A DNA stretch of 64,000 bases from Octopus sinensis (lineage: Eukaryota): the NCBI RefSeq assembly GCF_006345805.1, contig NC_043006.1, positions 28,830,001-28,894,000 of the forward strand, in the 5' to 3' direction. The position numbers and the translations under genes are program-made. The notes below the pieces were generated by a model. The model saw nothing but the letters and a program-made list of their open reading frames with translations. It made no database searches and was not told the origin of the DNA. Of the stretch, positions 59,633-64,000 are shown piece after piece (position 1 is the first letter of the stretch; every line of letters begins with the position of its first letter).

Positions 59633-60944
59633 GGTTTATATTTATTTTTTAATTGAATTTTGTGTACAATGGTATTTTGGGTTATAGGTGAGCCTGACAC
59701 TGATTCACTGCATTTATAATTGAAACAGTGGTAAAGTAGTATTTGTGTAACTTGGCTGGAATAAATACTACACAAGGTATGGAGTGTGCATCATAAAAAA
59801 AAGCACCTGAAGTTTGAGGTCATGGAGAAGTTAGACATGAGGATGAAACTATACAATACTTCTACTGATAGTGGAGTACCAGGAGTGTACTCTTTGACTG
59901 ACATTGAACTTAACAACATAGCAGGGATCAGTGAATAGTATAGAATGTTTTATTATATGCATAACACTCATGTGTGGAAGAAAGTCCTGAGGTGAGAGTA
60001 AAGAGCAACTAAATGGTCAGCCAGTTGTAAACTGGGTGTTTGGGTGTTTACAACTGTCCTTGATGTGGAGTCCACTGTAAAATAGCCAATAATGACAGCA
60101 ACATTGAAACCAACCCATTTACTTTGAAGTAGGCTGAAAGAACAATGAAATATTTACTGGTTGCATCAGCATTATTTGATTTTGTTTCAGGGGTAGCAGT
60201 GGTAGATGGTGCTGTAATTGTTACAATCTCCTGTTGTCTATAGCAGAAGGGGACTGTCATGCTGCTAAAGTTTACAGATGCACCCAACACACACACACAC
60301 ATGTTAGTGAGAAAACAAACAAAAAGAAGTAGCTCTCAACACTGTTGGAATTCATCATCATCATTTAACGTCCATTGTCCATGCTGGCATGGGTTGGACA
60401 GTTTGACCAGGGCTGGCAATCTGGAAAGCTGCACCAGATCCTAGTCTGATTTGGGATGATTTCTATGGCTTGATGCCCTTCCAACTCCTCATGTTTCAAG
60501 TTTCATGGATTTGAAGAAAATATGACCAATTCCTTGGACATATGGATTGGAGTGGATTGCGACAAAATGGAGAAAAAACAAGTTGGCTTCTTTCTTAGAG
60601 AATCTAATCACCATTTGTCAATTTGGGTCACATTGTTGTAATAATTGATCTAACCCTCCACATGGATATTAATGTTGTTTAGTCAATGAAGCATGAAGTG
60701 TTAAGGAGTGGCTTCTGCATAACAGAAAAAAAGTTTAACATCCAGTGATCAGTTCCAGTCACATGGATGTAATAATAACTTAGTGACAATAGATGAATGC
60801 CATTTTGTCATCAGTGTGTGGTGCTTGATGTAGATAGAGGTGGCATGTCTACTGGATCATTGAAATGCAAGAATGTTGGTAGTGTCTGTATGGATAACAA
60901 ATATAGGTCACCTAGTTGAGGGTGGTGTATCGAGATTATCAGGG

Positions 60945-61225
60945 ACCGTCCGTTGCCAGCCTCATCTGGCCCCGTGCCAGTGGCATGTAAAAAGCACCAT
61001 CCGATCGTGACCGTTTGCCAGCCTCGTCTGGCACCTGTGCAGGTGGCACGTAAAAAGCACCCACTACACTCACGGAGTGGTTGGCGTTAAGAAGGGCATC
61101 CAGCTGTAGAAACACTGCCAGATCAGACTGGGCCTGGCACAGCCTTCTGGCTTCCCAGACCCCAGTTGAACCATCCAACCCATGCTAGCATGGAAAACGG
61201 ACGTTAAACGAAACAATGATGATGG
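60945..61225 (+). mobile_element. RTE-type 3' tail copy
   Basis: Same family as 46221-46409 and 34197-34600. Confidence 0.8.
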
Positions 61226-61299
61226 TTTGAAATATATTAAAAGTACTTATCTTCTGTGAGAACAGTATGAAACTCAAGCAATTGCAAGTAAGGTGAGAC

Positions 61300-62040
61300 C
61301 CTGTCAAGTATACTCCAATTGATGTTGAGTGAGTTGTTGCTGTGGTCACATAGTCTCCAAGTGTAGCAGGACAAGGAATTAGTTTTCCCTGTGCCTGCAT
61401 GTGAAGGAGTGCATATCCTACAAGTATCTCCTCTTGAAGTTGTTGGCTGTCATACCCATGTAAAATCTTTTTATACCATTGGGTGGTGTGAAAATGGCTC
61501 TATACAGCATGGCATTTGAAAGGCAGATCCACCCGGTGGACATTTGGTAGGATTTTGAAAATTGCAGATGGGAGTGTGGGATGGAGATTGTGTGCAAGTT
61601 GTCTAAACATTAATAGCAGGCTTTAACACTATGGAAATTTAGAAGTTAATGGTATCTAAGGAAATGTTGCTTAAATTCTTTTGGCTGAATTGGTAGAGAC
61701 ATCGAGGTTGAATGAATATCAGATAACTTTTTGTTTTCTAACTTATGGTCTGGGGTATGCATCTAATACATGGAGGATCCTAGGTGGAGAATCCTCCATG
61801 TATACTATTTTATCATTAAAGATACTCTTTGCTGGAATCTCATTATAATGGAGTTGCTGCCCTGTTAAAAATCTCTTTGATGATGATAGATTAAAGATCC
61901 TTCTGAAGATACCTGTATCCAGTTTTCTGGCATGGTTTGGATGGTTTGACATGATCGAGTGGGTTTTACAACTACATGATCCAGTGTCTGCTTTGGTGTA
62001 GTTTCTATAGCCAGATGCTCTTTATAACAACAGCCATATT
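61300..62040 (-). mobile_element. Penelope-like element fragment (RT thumb and GIY-YIG endonuclease), degenerate
   Basis: SNHP..ARKL..GIFRRIFNLSS, then CLSNAMLYRA..FYMG(MT)..FKRRY..HSF. Confidence 0.7.
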
Positions 62041-62109
62041 GACTAAGAGAATGAATTAAATGAACTGGAGAGAGATAAGAGAAGACATGTCAGAAAAATA
62101 AATTAATGA

Positions 62110-62602
62110 AATCTAAAATTCTGCCATATTCTGAATGCCTTACTTCCCTGGGCATGGACACTTTGAAACTCCAACGTCTGGCTGCTGACTTGGCAGACAC
62201 CCATAAAATTATTAACCATCTTACAAACAATAACTCTGAGCACCTTTTCAAACTCCACCTGTCTAACACCCGTGGATATGTTTACAAAGTCAGAAAACAA
62301 CACAGCTCCCATGACTTTCGGAAACATTTTTTCACGCTAAGAGTTGCTGAAGCATGAAACAGACTGCCGGCATCAGTTGTTAGTTGTCGGAGCACTGCAT
62401 CCTTCAAAACTTCCATGCTTCCTGAGATTCGCCAACACTACACCTGATTTTCTCCACTCCATACACACGCAAGCATGTATCTGACTCATACACTGTTCGC
62501 TTTCCAGACATTTGTACATTACTGCATATACTTTATATGCACTTTTGACAAGTTGTGGTGCACCGGAGCACTGTATACAATAATTTCATTATTATTATTA
62601 TA
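62110..62602 (+). mobile_element. CR1/L2 LINE 3' end
   Basis: LPYSECLTSLGMDTLKLQRLAADL..TRG..KHFFTLRVAEA*NRLP. The 3' UTR ends in (ATT)n. Confidence 0.85.
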
Positions 62603-63176
62603 TAAAAATATCAAAGTCAGAGACTGGAGGTGGGGGAACAATCTAAAGTAAAGATCACAGATGATGTATTGATGTATATGTAAAAAAAACCAGTTTAGTC
62701 TATAAGATATGAATATTAAAAATATTATAATGAGGTTACTTACTACAAAGTTTAGGAAGTGTGTGCTGCTTATTGTAAAGGGTACAAATATGAACATAGT
62801 ATAAGAAGCAATGTAACAAACAGTGATGAGGATACTAAGTGCAACATCTAGGTAGTGGGTAGGTTTCGTATTGTGTTAAGTGAGGCATGCTTACTTAGAC
62901 TAATTTAAATGGGTGTACAAACCAGTGGAAATATGCTTAGCTAAATGAAGGATAGATTTGTGTATGAAGAAATGAAGTGTCATTGATGAAGGTAAGTAAT
63001 AGGTTGAAATTTTTCATAATTTTTAAGGATTCTATGTAAGAGATTCTTTCTGAGTGTTTGTTAATAATTGAGCCATTTCGCAGCGAAAATTTCCAAGTCT
63101 TTCAGAGGTAAAGAGTTTGCATGGTCTTTTTCGTTATCTGTATAGGATTTAACTCTGGATAGAACGTGCCACTTAA

Positions 63177-63396
63177 CCCTTTCATTACCAACCTGGCTGA
63201 AACCACCACTGGCTCTGAGTACAAATGTCTTGTCTTCATAAGTCTTGAATTAAAATCTTCCACCAAACCTTAGTCACAATTTATGTTCCTAATACTAGCT
63301 TAGTGATAACTAAGTTATTTTACTAAATTCTTTGTTACATTTAAAGTAATTGAAAGAAACACAGAGCATCTCAAAATAAATATGGTAACAAAAGGG
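63177..63396. mobile_element. piggyBac-type MITE, second family
   Basis: TTAA|CCCTTTCATTACCA ... TGGTAACAAAAGGG|TTAA. Confidence 0.8.
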
Positions 63397-64000
63397 TTAA
63401 ATTATAAGTTGGGTTTTTTTTAATTGTTTTTTTTTTTGGTTTTTCCTAAAAGAAATGAGATATTGAAGGTTCATTACTTCAGTTTTGCTTTCTAAATGTG
63501 TGGATGTGCTTTTAGAAGAGTAATTTAAAGGGTTTGTTGAGAAATCAATGTACATCGTAGAAGAATTATTAAATTTTACAGATAGACTATGACTCAAGCT
63601 TTACAGTTGGCATTCACTGGGGAGTGATAAAGTTAGAATTAAAAGTAAGTTGATATATATTAAAGATCTTCTGGTAAAAAATGTTAGCTGGACTGGGACA
63701 ACAGATTAGAGTAATAGATTTTAATAGTATTCTTGCTAAAGATTTTATAATACTTATTTGGCAGTGGCACTGCTGCTGCTGATAGGAAATGCTTCTAAAG
63801 GAACTTGAAGAAGAAATTGGTAACTGGATTTGCTACAGCTAGACTAAAAATGCAGATTATACCAATTAATAGTTTCTTATTACTATGGGAAGATCCACCA
63901 AACATGCATCCCATGTGGGAAATTTTCTCTTTAAAGCTACTTTTAGCTAAAGCATTATTATAGTACAAGAAAGGCACCATAAAAATTTGCTTGTTCACAA

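Noticed and set aside
62620-63130. Possible decayed LINE endonuclease on the - strand (similar purine-rich tracts at 30170-30480 and 30720-31200)
   Set aside because: The motifs are too eroded to call with confidence by eye.

Overview
AT-rich, microsatellite-dense animal genomic DNA. The SINE and LINE repertoire is the one I associate with Octopus (an inference). I can support two host genes. The first is a complete 7-exon SPAG7 (R3H domain, + strand, 39043-57009, 236 aa), almost invisible in the ORF track. The second is a single-coding-exon cupin gene (- strand, 21214-21543) whose probable non-coding first exon lies head-to-head with SPAG7. Most of the rest is transposon-derived. A complete CsRn1/Kabuki-type Ty3/gypsy element (6742-15455; two LTRs, 4-bp TSD, tRNA-Trp PBS) is interrupted by an antisense, GC-rich LTR element. 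That inner element pairs an atypical, DIRS-like RT/RNase H with a DD35E integrase and lacks a protease. Also present: a Merlin-like MITE family carrying a telomere-like G-tract motif (one copy has a 1.56-kb fold-back relative inserted in its TIR), a mariner, Helitron-like elements, piggyBac-, hAT- and pogo-type MITEs, RTE, CR1, RLE and Penelope fragments, and several SINE families. All coordinates were read by hand. The edges of degenerate repeats are approximate, and family names are from memory, not from database searches.
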